Source: Octopus sinensis (Eukaryota). From it: a stretch of 64,000 nucleotides of DNA. The notes beneath the pieces are model-generated. The model was not told where the DNA came from, made no database searches, and worked only from the letters and a program-made list of their open reading frames with translations. A program made the position numbers and the translations under genes. Positions 24,121 through 36,915 of the stretch are shown here, one piece after another. Within the stretch, counting starts at the first letter, position 1. Each line of letters begins with the position of its first letter. The stretch lies in contig NC_043001.1 of the NCBI RefSeq assembly GCF_006345805.1, positions 87,482,001-87,546,000 on the forward strand. Direction: 5' to 3'.

Positions 24121-26654
24121 TTGAACCGGACAACAGCATCGTCCGAATACGGCCGGCTTTTCAAAACATTGGATACGCCGCCACCTAACCCAAGACTGAA
24201 GAAGTTTGAGGACGACTTGTGGGACATAGTTAGAAAGATTAAGTTCAGGAAGTCACCCAGGAGAAATGCCCACCTCAGATACCTAGATAAAATTACCAAG
24301 GACATTAATAGAACGGACGGAGTCCTGGTCCAGTCCGACAAGACCAGGAACACATACAAGATGCCCATTAAGCAGTACCTAGATTTACTCGGTAAAGAGA
24401 TCAAGAAAATTATAGAAAAACCAATTGGAGTACCCTGAGGAAGGTAAACTTGGAAATTAAGGAAATAAATATTAAACACCGAATTCAAATGAGAACTCAG
24501 CCGCTTAGCCTAAGCAACCCAGATTTATAGTGAAGGACCATAAACCGAACTTCCACACCAACCCAGCGCTAAGACTCATATGCCCTGCTAGATCTGATAT
24601 CGGGATAATCAGTAAGTACATTTTAGATAAATATATCCCTAGTTTAGTAAACAAGCTGAAGCTCAGCCTCTGGGCCAACTCCTCGCAGGTAGTGAAGGGT
24701 TCTCTTCCATCCCCAATAAGAACCGTACTAGGTTCATTCAGTTTGATATCGCCAGCTTCTACCCCTCGATTAACCCTAGTGTGCTAAATAAGGCCCTCTG
24801 GCATGCTCACAACAAGGCTGGCCTCACCAGAGAAGAGATAGATATCATTTTAGTTGCCAGGAAATCGTTTATTAAGTTTGATAATAAGTTGTGGATCCGT
24901 AAAGATACTCCCAATGAATTTGATGTGCCTATGGGTAGTTCGGATAGTGCGCAGATAGCCGATTTGGTCGGAATATATATTCTCTACGAATTGTCCGACC
25001 AATTCCCGGAGATCGCGGGCGGCCTGTATCGTGACGATTGTCTGTTTTACCTGCAAAACACCACGAACAGAATAGTGCAGAAAACTAAGAGCAGGTTAGC
25101 TAGGTTATTAATAGAATGGGCATGAGTATAGTTTTTGATAATGAACTCACCAAGGCTAATTTCCTAGACGTTACACTTAACCTAATAGCGACTCATACTG
25201 CCCTTACCATAAGCCTTCCACTAATTTGAAGTATGTCAGTGTCTTCTCAAATCATGCCAAAACCGTAACAGAATTTGGTTTAAAAACATCTCTCTAAGAT
25301 TGTCTGGCTTGTCCGCCAGTGCCGATATTTTTATGCAGAAAGCGGAATTTTATAACGCCGCACTATCCAAGGCCGGTTATAGGCAGCAGGTAATTTATAT
25401 TGATCCGGCCCTTCCGATGCCATCATTCGGTCATCAGGATAGGGCCGTATATAATAACATTAACATTTTAAGTAAGGACGGGAGCGCGGTGGATGCCGGG
25501 GTAGTCGCTCCCGCATTTAATTTAGCGAACATGGATAATTATCGGTCCGGGAGGTCTTACACTAACCCAAGACCCGTTATTCATCCGAGAATCACCCACC
25601 CGAATGCGAGAGCTGGCGTCCCGACCCATCACACTGATAGGAATAAGCATATATGGTTTGTAATCCCCTTTGGTAAGCAGATTAGAACTAACCTCCCCCT
25701 CATGTTTAGACAAGCCATCGCCAATAACTTCCCCAGAAATTCCAAATATTACTCCACGGTTAACTCGCATAAAGTTAGGATAGCTTTCTCCAACACTAAA
25801 AACCTCGCCCAGATAATCGCCTCCCATAATAATAGGCTACTTACTAAGACCCTATCACCTTTTTCCGGAGGCACAGCCTCTTCGCTCCCGGTTTAATGCT
25901 CAGTAGGAATAATTATAGTAGTAATAATGATATGAGAGCCAGTACAGTGACACATAATCTCAGCTCCAGCCAGGAGTACCCACTAGGGGTATAGTTATAA
26001 ATAGGGGTGTTGTGGTTGACAGTAACAATGGGAGTAGGGTAGAGAGCCCCAATAGCATCCCCAGCATCATTTCCCGCAATAGCAGCACCACGGGCAGTAG
26101 CAATGACAGCACTTTGATAGATAGTGGAGAATCAGGGGTTATTCCTATAGTTAATAGTGACGTAGTGGAAAATAGAGTAGTAAGCGGCTGCAGGTCTCGG
26201 AACGAATATAGTGACAGGAACGCAGTTCTAATTTCAGAAACTAATCCTAGCAGAATTAGATTCACGTCGGCGAACTCCAAGATCAAAAACGCCGTCTACC
26301 AATGCAAGGTTTACACGGACTCAGATGTCTTCACTTATGTAGGGGCCTCATCCTCAAGATTGTCTTTGCGTGTCTCCAATCCATTACGCAACTTTTCGGG
26401 ACATGAACAAGCGCCAGACCACGGGACTCAGTAAGCTAATATGGCGACTGAAGGATACGAACTTAAGCTACAGGCTGGAATGGTCAATTTTGTCGGTGGC
26501 CCTCCCATTTGATAGGGGCAGAAGGCAGTGCAACCTTTGTGTCTCCGAACTCTTCCATATTTTGTTTTCCAGAGGCCGGATGGTAAACGGGCTTTTACAG
26601 TCGGCTTTTCAATGCCCCCATTGGCGGCGTTACACTTATCTGGCTTTTAAATAG
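24121..26654 (+). pseudogene. PLE reverse transcriptase/GIY-YIG endonuclease ORF, disrupted
   Basis: SDKTRN, KDHKPNF, FDIASFYPSI, PMGS, LYRDD, IIASHN; NAVYQCKV...YVGA...HYATF...LSKLIWRLK...CNLCVSE. Multiple frameshifts and stops. Confidence 0.9.
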
Positions 26655-27243
26655 CGTATAAAATAATGCCGGCACCCATAGCCCTTGGTAACAAATTCTG
26701 AAATAGCCTTTAAGATATCTACGATTAACCACTGCAAGAGGAATTACTCCTGTAAGACAAACGGGGCTTGTTGTTTTTCACAGCGGGGGGTTTCCTTGAC
26801 AAGGCAGGCTTAGATGACACACCACACACATAAAACATAATATATATATATTTTTTTTCTGCCACCCAACGGTTATCACGGCAGTAGCCACTGACAGCCG
26901 AACGATCAAACGCACACACGTACACAAAAAATGTTTTCTACCCCTACGCCAACACACACATATATAGAACAGTATACACACACACACGTCTCTAAGTAAT
27001 TTTTTTTTCTCGCCCCTTATAAAACATCCAATATTCCTTAAATAGTCAGAACTTTATTCTCGGTCACAAAGAACATACTACACCCTCACCCACATGATTG
27101 ACCGATGCCTGACCCGTTGAATTCTTCAGCCACCGGTTCTCAACATACACTGATAAACAGTTTCGCCATGGGCTCTTAGGAGCATAGTTCGATTTGTTTT
27201 TGCTCCGCCTCTGTTCTGTTTTTTGTTTTTCCAACGGATTCCT

Positions 27244-27334
27244 ATTTTCTTCCTGAAGAGAAAGACACAATATGGTCCCATTATTCCATCGGATTTTGGT
27301 ATTTGTGCCTTTCGAAACACGTGTAGAATGAAAT
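27244..27334 (+). ncRNA. Type-I hammerhead ribozyme with long stem II in the PLE pseudo-LTR
   Basis: TTC-CTGAAGA-GAAAG...CTTTC-GAAA-CACGTG-TA-GAA; stem I ATTTTCTTC/GAATGAAAT has one mismatch. Confidence 0.8.
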
Positions 27335-27389
27335 AAAACGATTCTGTTCAATCTGCGTTCAGCTCCATTTCTTCAATTCACCAATAATG

Positions 27390-27427
<38 letters not shown>

Positions 27428-27446
27428 TAATATATATATATATATA

Positions 27447-28490
27447 TCATCATCATCATCATCATCATTTAACGTCCACTTTCCATGCTAGCATGGGCTG
27501 GACGGTTTGACAGGTCTGGCAAACCAGACTCCAATCTGATCTGGCAGAGTTTCTACAGCTGGATGCCCTTCCTAATGCCAACCACTCTGAGAGTGTGGTG
27601 GGTGCTTTTATGTGCCACCGGCATGAGGGGCCTGTTTGGCGGTACTGGCAACGGCCACGCCCAAATGGTGCTTTTTACGTGCCACCCACACAGGAGCCAG
27701 TCCAGCAGCATTGGCGAATACCTCGCTCGAATATTTCACATGTCACCGGCACAAGTGCTGGTAAGGCGATGCAGTAACGATCACACTTGAATGGTGTGCT
27801 TAACGTGCCATCAGCACGGAGGCCAGCTTGTTACTCTGGCAGCGATCTCACTTGTATGGTACTCTTAGCGCTTCACTAGCAATGGATGCCAGTCACTGAA
27901 TTTGATTTCGACTTCGACTTCACTTGCCTCAACTGGTCTTCGCAAGCAGAGTTTAGTGTCCAATGAAGAAAAGGCATGCATAAGTGGACTGGTTACACCC
28001 CTAGCATAGGCCACAAGGTTATGGTCACACTTGCGCTTGTCGAGTCTTCTGAAGCACAGCGTATTTCCAGAGGTCCCGGTCACTAGTCATTGCCTCGGTC
28101 AGGCCCAATGTTTGAAGCTCACGCTTCACCACCTCATCCCAGGTCTTCCTGGGTCTACCTCTTCCACAGGTTCTCTCAACTGCTAGGGTGTGGCACATTT
28201 TCACATGGTTATCGACATTCTCGCCACATGACCATACCAGCACAATCGTCTCTCTTGCACACCACATCTGATGCTTCTTAGGTCCAACCTTTCTCTCAGG
28301 GCACTAACACTCTGTTGAGTATGCACACTGACATTACACATCCATCGGAGCATGCTGGTTTCATTCCTTGCAAGCTTACGCCTATCCTCAGCAGTCATGG
28401 CCCATGTTTCACTGCCATGTAGCATGGCTGTTCGTACACATGCGTCATACAGTCTACCTTTTACTCTGAGCGAGAGGCCCGTTGTCACCT
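27447..28490 (-). mobile_element. 5'-truncated RTE LINE with (GAT)n tail
   Basis: VTTGLSLRVKGRLYDACVRTAMLHGSETW...GRPRKTWDEVV; 3' UTR homologous to 60700-60894. Confidence 0.9.
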
Positions 28491-28491
28491 G

Positions 28492-28523
<32 letters not shown>

Positions 28524-28812
28524 TACACATATACAAGAGAAAGCAAGAGAGAGAGGGAGAGAGAGAGAGAGAAAGAAAGAGTTGAGGAAGCAATGACGTA
28601 ACATATATACACATATATATGTAGGTGTGTGTATAAATATATATGATATTGAAAAGTGCTCTAGCTTGCTGAATATAATCAATATGTTCCAAAAGGTGAA
28701 AGCAAAAGAGGGCATTAAATATCTGAAATAACAGTAACAAACATTGAAATGTTACCTTAAAAATATTAAAATAGTCATGATTGAGTTTAAAAAATTATTT
28801 ACAAAATCATTA

Positions 28813-29053
28813 AAGCACCATCCGATCGTGGCCGTTGCCAGCCTCGCCTGGCACCTGTGCTGGTGGCATGTAAAAAGCACCCACTACACTCATGGAGTGG
28901 TTGGCATTAGGAAGGGCATCCAGCTGTGGAAACACTGCCAGATCAGACTGGGCCTGGTGCAGCCTCCTGGCTTCCCAGACCCCAGTTGAACCCGTCAACC
29001 CATGCTAACATGGAAAGCGGACGTTAAACGATGATGATGATGATGATGATGAT
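28813..29053 (+). mobile_element. RTE 3'-UTR fragment or RTE-related SINE
   Basis: ggtggcatgtaaaaagcaccc...ggaagggcatccagc...cggacgttaaacgatgatgat; a related inverted copy lies at about 30685-31095. Confidence 0.8.
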
Positions 29054-29256
29054 TAAAGAACAAAAAAGAGAGAGGAGAAAGAGAGAGAGGTTCTTTACAA
29101 AAACTTTAATGGACAAAAGAATGAGAGATTCTTTACAAAAGATATAAATAAGTCATGTGTCCAGTGAGTTCAAGGGTAAAATCCTTGTCCACAATTGGAT
29201 TCACAATAAACGTTGTCTGCAATTCTTAGCTACAGATTTTCAAAGAAGTTAATGAC

Positions 29257-29301
<45 letters not shown>

Positions 29302-30615
29302 ATTGTATCTAATTGTAATTAGATATACTTAACAAGCTCAACTAAACTCATTTGTAACTAATTTGAAAGACTAAAGTCATATGTTAGAGGATGTCTAAAG
29401 ACCAGAGTATATATCTCTAATTTATCATCATCATCATCATCATTATCACAATCATCATCAATGTTTTAACGTCCATTTTTCTATGTTTACATGGGTCAGA
29501 TGGATTTCATTGAGACAGAATTTGTATGCCAGACATTCTTCTTGTTAACAACCCTCACTTGTCTCCAAGTAAGGTAATATTTTCCTATGACCACACACAC
29601 ATACACACACTCACACACATACACACACAGACACACACACATATATTAGAGATGACACCAGTTCATCAGCGTCACTCAGGCTCATCCCAGATTTCATCAC
29701 TCGAGCTCATTGCAGATTTCATCACTCAGGCTCATCACAGATTTCACATAAAATACATGTAGGTATTTTCCACAATATTTCTAACCTCAAATGGCTTATT
29801 TTTTTTTATCTAGCACTATATCTTTCTCCATTTCCAAGTTAAGGGTAAAACTAAAGCAACCCTGCAAAACATCAATTGATCTTTACATACAGACACACAG
29901 AAAAGCAGCAATCAAATAACAATAGTGGAGTGCACAACAAACATCAGTGATCTGACTGTCACCTACACCCATGACAAGATATGCTAGTTAGTCTTTTATA
30001 CCTACAAGGCTTGTTCATTTTAGCCCAAGTTGCTGGATAATTTTTCATTCCTTTAAGAATAATGCAGGACGGAAACTTTTCATAAATTTAAACCCTAATC
30101 TCTATGGAAATTTATTGTTACAAGAACACATTAAATTTGAATTACTTTTAATTTTCACAACTTTAGATAACAATTCGGGATGTAAATTCTGAGCTCGAGT
30201 TAGGTGTGTGTGAACGATGGCAAGAGAACATCTGCTACGAATAAGTTCACTTTACTAAATTTATACTCAGGCTATAGACACACACACACAGATACACAGA
30301 TATATATATATAGTGGAACACCAGTCAATAATTTAGGTGCATACTTTGATTAACTGCATTGTATAGTATAATAACAGCCTTGTGAGTAGATCTTGTACAT
30401 GGAAGCTAAAAGAAACCAATTGTGTATGTATGTGTGCCCATCACCACCACCACTCGACAACCTAAATTGGTTTGTTCACTTCCCTATAACTTACCAGATC
30501 AGCAAAAAAGACCAAACAGTAAGTACCAGACTTTTAAAATAATAAGCACTGGAGGCAATTTGTTTGGCTAAAACATTCAGAGTGGTGCCCCAGTATGGCC
30601 AATGAAAAAAGTAAA

Positions 30616-30668
<53 letters not shown>

Positions 30669-31130
30669 TATATATATATGTATATCATCATCATCGTTTA
30701 GCGTCCGTTTTCCATGCTAGCATGGGTTGGACGGTTCTACTGGGGTCTGTGAAGCCAGAAGGCTTCATCAGGCCCAGTCAAATCTGGCAGTGTTTCTACG
30801 GCTGGATGCCCTTCCTAACGCCAACCACTCCGTGAGTGTAGTGGATGCTTTTTACGTGCCACCCGCACAGGTGCCACACAGAGCTGGCAAATGGCCACGA
30901 ACAGATGGTGCTTTTTATGTGCCACCGGCATGAGGGCCAGGCGAGGCTGGCAACGGACATGAATGGATGGTGCTTTTTACGTGCCACCGGCACGAGGCCA
31001 GTCGGGGCGGCGCTGGCAACAGTCGCGAAACGGAAGGTTCTCTTACATGCCACCGGCACTGGTAACACATCTGCAATTTCCATTGATCGATTTCGATATA
31101 TATATATTCATATATATATGTATATATGTC

Positions 31131-31163
<33 letters not shown>

Positions 31164-31178
31164 TATATATATTCATAT

Positions 31179-31213
<35 letters not shown>

Positions 31214-31243
31214 CAAAATAAGCAACAAGGATATCCAAGGTAG

Positions 31244-31331
31244 TGTAGTGCAATTGTTTTATGCTACTTCATTTTATTAAACACTGTAAGTATTACATCA
31301 GTTTTAAAATGTCGAGCAATCTTCAACCACA
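31244..31331 (-). ncRNA. Inverted, mutated hammerhead copy
   Basis: Minus strand TGTGG-TTGAAGA-TTGCT...AGCAT-AAAA-CAATTG-CA-CTACA; GAAA changed to AAAA and GUA to GCA. Confidence 0.55.
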
Positions 31332-32279
31332 TATAGAATTTTTTTTATTAAATGGACAATGTACATTTTTATACTTATTTCATTTGCCAACATTACAAAG
31401 AGGGTAGATATATAGACAGAGAGGTTAATTTCATCATTAAGAACATGGTAGTAGAATGTCCTTCACCATCTGTAGATTTTTTATCACTGAGTTCACTTTG
31501 TTATTTAGATCTCTCAATGGGGAGGGGGTTTCTTTATCTGATTCAATGGAGGCAAACAAGAATTTTTTCTATTTATAGATAGAGGAAGGGGTAGTACAAA
31601 TGTCAAAGCCATAAATCCATTCTCATTATGAGGAATTTAACGGCAATTTTCAACACAATTTCTAGTTAACTAAACACTTTTAAACTTCGTATACTGATAG
31701 AATGTGTCAAAATAAAACATTTTTTCTCTTGGCTCTCTTGAGAAAGTTGTAATTTGTAAGTTTAGCGCAGTTTAATTCTTCGAATTTTAACCAATCCTAA
31801 GCCCTCTATTGAGCTAAAATCATTTGCTGCATCTAAAACTGAGACAACATTCTGTCACTAACCCTAACCCTCACCCTAACCCTAACCCTAAATTTTAGCC
31901 TTTCGGTTTTTTTTTATTATATGTTAAATTAATTTAATTGTTACGCATGTGTCTAAAATTATTCGTTTTGTTTTTGTTTTGAGTTTTTGCTTTCGTTTTA
32001 GCCTTTCGTTTTTTTTTCTTAATTGTTATCCTTAAATTAATTTAACAATTAAGAAAAAAAAAAAACGAAAGGCTAAAATTTAGGGTTAGGGTTAGTGACA
32101 GGATGTTGTCTGTTTTAGACGCAGCAAAAGATTTTAGCTCAATAGAGGGCATAGGATTAGTTAAAATTCAAAAAATTAAACTACGTTAAACTTACAGATT
32201 ACAATTTTCTCAAGAAAGCCAAGAGAAAAAAATGTTTTATAAAAATGTACATTGTCCATTTAATTTTTAAAATTCTATA

Positions 32280-32367
32280 TGTGCTTGAAGATTGCTCGAC
32301 ATTTTAAAACTGATGTAATACTTACAGTGTTTAATAAAATGAAGTAGCATGAAACAATTGTACTACA
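32280..32367 (+). ncRNA. Long-stem-II hammerhead-like motif (UUGAAGA core)
   Basis: TGTGC-TTGAAGA-TTGCT..CATTTT...AAAATG..AGCAT-GAAA-CAATTG-TA-CTACA; one stem I mismatch. Confidence 0.6.
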
Positions 32368-32820
32368 CTACCTTGGATATCCTTGTTGCTTACTTTGATT
32401 ATAATCACCCCATTTGATTTATATGGATAATACCATACCAAATTCTGGTGCCTTTAACTTAAGTACCATATTCATCTGAATCTAAATTTTGCTGAACTTA
32501 TATATATATATATAGGTGAGAGAGTTGGTGTGTGAAAGGACGTGGTTGGATGTATAGGAAATAAAAAAAGAGTGAAAAAACTACAGAAGGCTTGTGTTAT
32601 AAGGTTAAAGAATATATTTAAGTCGTTTTTTTAGAAAAATGTTAGAAAATTTTTGTATAGTAACATAGTTTTTGGAGAAAAAACCGGTTTCATATTTTCT
32701 TTTCAAATTTCTCAAATCTTTATATATATATATATATATTTGATGTCTAATATGCCTATGCCAATAATTGCTACATATATATGTATATATATATATGTGT
32801 GTATATATATAATATATATA

Positions 32821-32955
<135 letters not shown>

Positions 32956-33479
32956 GTAGCAATTATTGGCATAGGCATATTAGACACATCAAATATATTA
33001 AATATATTAAGTACATCAAATACAAAATATGTATATAATTATACATGCAAACAAGAGAAGGCAAAAGGTAGAAACTTTCAGATAATGAATATGTAGAAAT
33101 ATATATATACTGATATAAATAGGTTCAACTTACACAGAGTACAAATGACAGAAATTTAAAGGGGTGGAATAAAGGTATCATGAGACCAACAGCTGTTTCT
33201 GGGGACTTGGCAATCCATAATAACGTTGATAGATTTAGTACATCACAAAATGCAGCCGTATGGATGCATTTAACATAGGAAGAGATCTTCTCTACCCTGA
33301 TGAAGGAGGCTTGTCTTATCCCAATAAATGCTTCTATATGAGCTCAACCTGATGCTCCTTATAGCCTTCCTTTACCTTGTGGAATGATCCCCTCTAAAGA
33401 CATCGGAGTCTAACTTTGAATCTTTTGAGCACTACTAAATGTCTTCTATACAGAGAACATCTGGATCTCATCTGTCAAC

Positions 33480-33532
<53 letters not shown>

Positions 33533-33589
33533 GTATATCTACATGAATATATGTGCATATATACACACACGTATGTATACATATATATG

Positions 33590-34425
33590 CTAAATCTGTA
33601 GAAAAGGCATAAGTAGAAAGTCCATAAGATGTACCCAGGTGTAAGCTATGGACACATAAGAGGTGCTAACTATGAAGCTAGTTTTTGTGTGTGGCAAATG
33701 CACAGAGGCAATAAACACTGAAAATGTGCAGAAAACAGCTTCCATCACATGCCTGGGAAAAAACTAGAAGTAGTTGATAGCTTCCGTTACCTAGGTGACC
33801 AAGTCAGTAGCAGATGTGGATGCTCTGAGAGTGTAGCTGCTAGAATAAGAATAGCCTGTGCAAAGCTCAGAGAGTTCCTACCTCTGCTTGTAGCAAAGGG
33901 CCTCTCACTCAGAGTGAAAGGTAAGACTGTATGATGTATGTGTGCAAACAGCCATACTACACAGCAGTGAAACATGGGCTGTGACTGCTGAGTACGCACG
34001 TAAGATTGCAAGAAATGAAGCTAGTATGCTCCACTTGATGTGTAATGTCAATGTGCATACATAACAGAGTGTAAGTGCCCTGAGAGAAGCATCAGATGTG
34101 GTGTGCAATAGAGACGACTGTGCTGGTATGGTCATGTGCTGCAAATTGATGAGGACAGCTGTGTAAAAAGTGTCACACCCTAACAGTGGAAAGCACCAGT
34201 GGAAGAGGTAGACCCAGGAAGACCTGGGACGAGGTTGTGAAGCACGATTGGGTCTCACGGAGGCAATGACAAGAGACCGAGATCTTTAGAGATATGTGTG
34301 CTTGAGAAGACCAGCAAACCAAATGAGACTGTAACCATGGCCTATGCCAGTGTAGCATAACTGGCCCATTTAAGAGTACCCTTCAATCATTGGGCAACAA
34401 ACTATGCTTGAGAAGACAGTAATTC
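33590..34425 (+). mobile_element. Degraded 5'-truncated RTE LINE
   Basis: Homologous to about 59800-60550 of the long RTE (zinc-finger remnant, LEVVDSFRYLGDQ, GLSLRVKG). Confidence 0.85.
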
Positions 34426-34451
34426 CAGGAATTACTGGGTACACCAGCTAG

Positions 34452-34491
<40 letters not shown>

Positions 34492-34654
34492 GGGGGGTGT
34501 GTGCATGTGTGTGTGTATATATGTGTATATATAACGGGAAGCTTTATGAAAATAGACAAAAGACGAAGGCAGGTTTACGGAAATAAACAAAACACGAAGG
34601 CAGGTGGAATACAAACAAACAATTGTGTATATATATGTATATATGTATATATAT

Positions 34655-34724
<70 letters not shown>

Positions 34725-35157
34725 TATATGCATCTATATATATATATATATATATATATGCATATATATATGCGTATATATATCTATATATATATGGTTA
34801 ATCCAAACAAGAAAGCACAAAAAAACACAACAATGCGAGGACGTGGAACAAATATAGTATTATTGGATGCTCAGGAAAGAAGGAAAGAAGGAGGGTTTAA
34901 AGTTTCAAGCGGAGCTCTTCGTCGGAAACATAGGAGAAGGAAAGATCCTTATATATATATATATATGCATGCATATATATAAGCATATATATATGCATAC
35001 ATATATATGTATATATGCATATATATACATGCATATATGCATATATATATTTACATGCATATGTACATATGCATATGCATATATGCATATATATATATAT
35101 ATGTTTATATATATGTATATATATATACATATATATATATGTATGTATATATATTGC

Positions 35158-35226
<69 letters not shown>

Positions 35227-35228
<2 letters not shown>

Positions 35229-35568
35229 TCTTTTACTTGTCTCAGTCATTTGACTGCGGCCATGCTGGAGCACCACCTTTAGTCAAGCAAATCAGCCCCA
35301 GGACTTATTCTTTGTAATCCTAGTGCTTATTCTATTGGTCTCTTTTGCCTAACCACTAAATTATGGGGACGTAAATGCACCAGCATTGGTTGTCAAGTGA
35401 CACACAAACACACATATATATATACATATACATATATACGATGGGCTTCTTTCAGCTTCCGTCTACCAAATACCGAAGCTATAGTAGAAGACACTTGCCA
35501 AAGGTGGGACTGAACCCAGAACCATGTGGTTGGTAAGCAAGCTACTTACCACACAGCCACTCTTGCAC
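35227..35568 (-). mobile_element. tRNA-derived SINE (family 1), partial
   Basis: Homologous to the full copy at 57030-57406. Confidence 0.8.
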
Positions 35569-35619
35569 CTATATATATCATATATTTATATATATATACA
35601 TACATACATACATATACAT

Positions 35620-35667
<48 letters not shown>

Positions 35668-35689
35668 GAAAAAGGTTACTTCTTTATGC

Positions 35690-35720
<31 letters not shown>

Positions 35721-36032
35721 TATAAATATATGCATAAAAAAGTAATTTTTTTTGTTCTATATATGTGTGTGTGTGTGTGTGTAAATATATAATTATAAAT
35801 TTTCTTTAGAAAGGCATAGAAGCGCTCGAGTCAAACCTGAGATGCTAGACAAATACAAGCGATACAAAGAAGTTCAACTCAGGCAGACTACGACTGGTGA
35901 ATACATATATGGATTTAATAGGATAGAATTGTCTAAAACATATATTAATACATTCAGAATATTAAGATATAAAAATATCAAAATATATATGAATGTTAAA
36001 AATATGCAAGGACAAATAAATATATAGATATA

Positions 36033-36224
36033 CTAGCTTAAGGTGACTGCTCTATGCGCGGGCGAGGGTGTGGTTGTTACTTTCTTTTGCTTCCTTTCTG
36101 TTTCTTATCGCCACATTCTCCCTCTTTGTTTCTCTCTCCTTTCTCACTCTTGGACTCTCCCTCGCTTTCTCTTACTTGTTATCTTTCTCTATCTATCTCT
36201 CTCCCATTTATAAAATACAAAAGA
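36033..36224 (-). mobile_element. 192-bp mini-Helitron
   Basis: Minus strand A|TC...CTAG|T with no target duplication, and a GC-rich CCCGCGCATAGAGC segment shortly before CTAG. Confidence 0.6.
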
Positions 36225-36313
36225 TCTTGAGTAAGATGAGAAAGAAAATATTTTGAAAGATCAATCATAAATATCAGGAAACATCAGGCAGTGACAACGG
36301 AAAGCACACTTAC

Positions 36314-36332
36314 CTTTTGTACTTGCTACTAT
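36314..36332 (-). CDS. Candidate 19-nt micro-exon
   Basis: tttttaatcactcag|ATAGTAGCAAGTACAAAAG|gtaagt; strong consensus splice sites, open in phase 1-2. Confidence 0.3.
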
Positions 36333-36847
36333 CTGAGTGATTAAAAATAAGGAAAAAAATGGATTTCTTTGTTAGATTTAGTTCTTATTTTGGTAACTTT
36401 TTGAAGATTGACCATGCAAATGAAAGCTCCAAACATGGGCTACATGCAGCTGTAAATTTCTTTTAGAGAAAATGAAAACTGTAAACAATAAAAAATAAAA
36501 GGTAAAAATACATAAAAATGAGAAATTTTTTCAACTTCAAAAATCTTGCCTTAATTTTCAAAATTTCAAACCCATTTTCTGTGCTTAAATTACAAATCCA
36601 CTTCCACTTTACCATGTTGAAAATTTGATTGAAATTGGGCAAAAGGTGTCTGATCTAGACCCCCAAGTATCCCCAAAAATCAATAAAATCCCCCTTTTCA
36701 CAGCAAAGCAACTACTGTAGCACCATAAAAGTATCCCAATCAAGTTACCCCCTCCTGTAAATTTTAGCACCATTTAGACCCCTTTTTACTTAAAAATCCA
36801 ATTTGTATCAACGTTCGCCTTCTTCATTTTATAGATAGGATTAGATG

Positions 36848-36915
<68 letters not shown>

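Larger units (their letters stand above)
24015..27392 (+). mobile_element. Penelope-like retroelement, Neptune-type (RT plus C-terminal GIY-YIG), 5'-truncated, inserted in (TA)n
   Basis: Both ends abut (TA)n tracts; the 3' non-coding region carries a hammerhead motif and AATAAA. Confidence 0.9.
31212..32490. repeat. About 1.2-kb nested palindrome: PLE pseudo-LTR arms outside, foldback arms with (TAACCC)n/(TTAGGG)n inside
   Basis: 31212-31373 is the inverted copy of about 32238-32399; about 31705-31940 is the inverted copy of about 32020-32240. Telomere-like hexamers at 31858-31891 and 32080-32095. Confidence 0.85.

Noticed and set aside
31858-32095. Telomere fusion site suggested by (TAACCC)n/(TTAGGG)n
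   Set aside because: Only 3-5 hexamers per side, embedded in matching inverted arms; better explained as part of a foldback repeat.
33185-33365. CTGATGA-AGGAG on the plus strand and GAAA-CAGCTG-TT on the minus strand
   Set aside because: The two half-motifs are on opposite strands and neither has its partner; at most a decayed relic.
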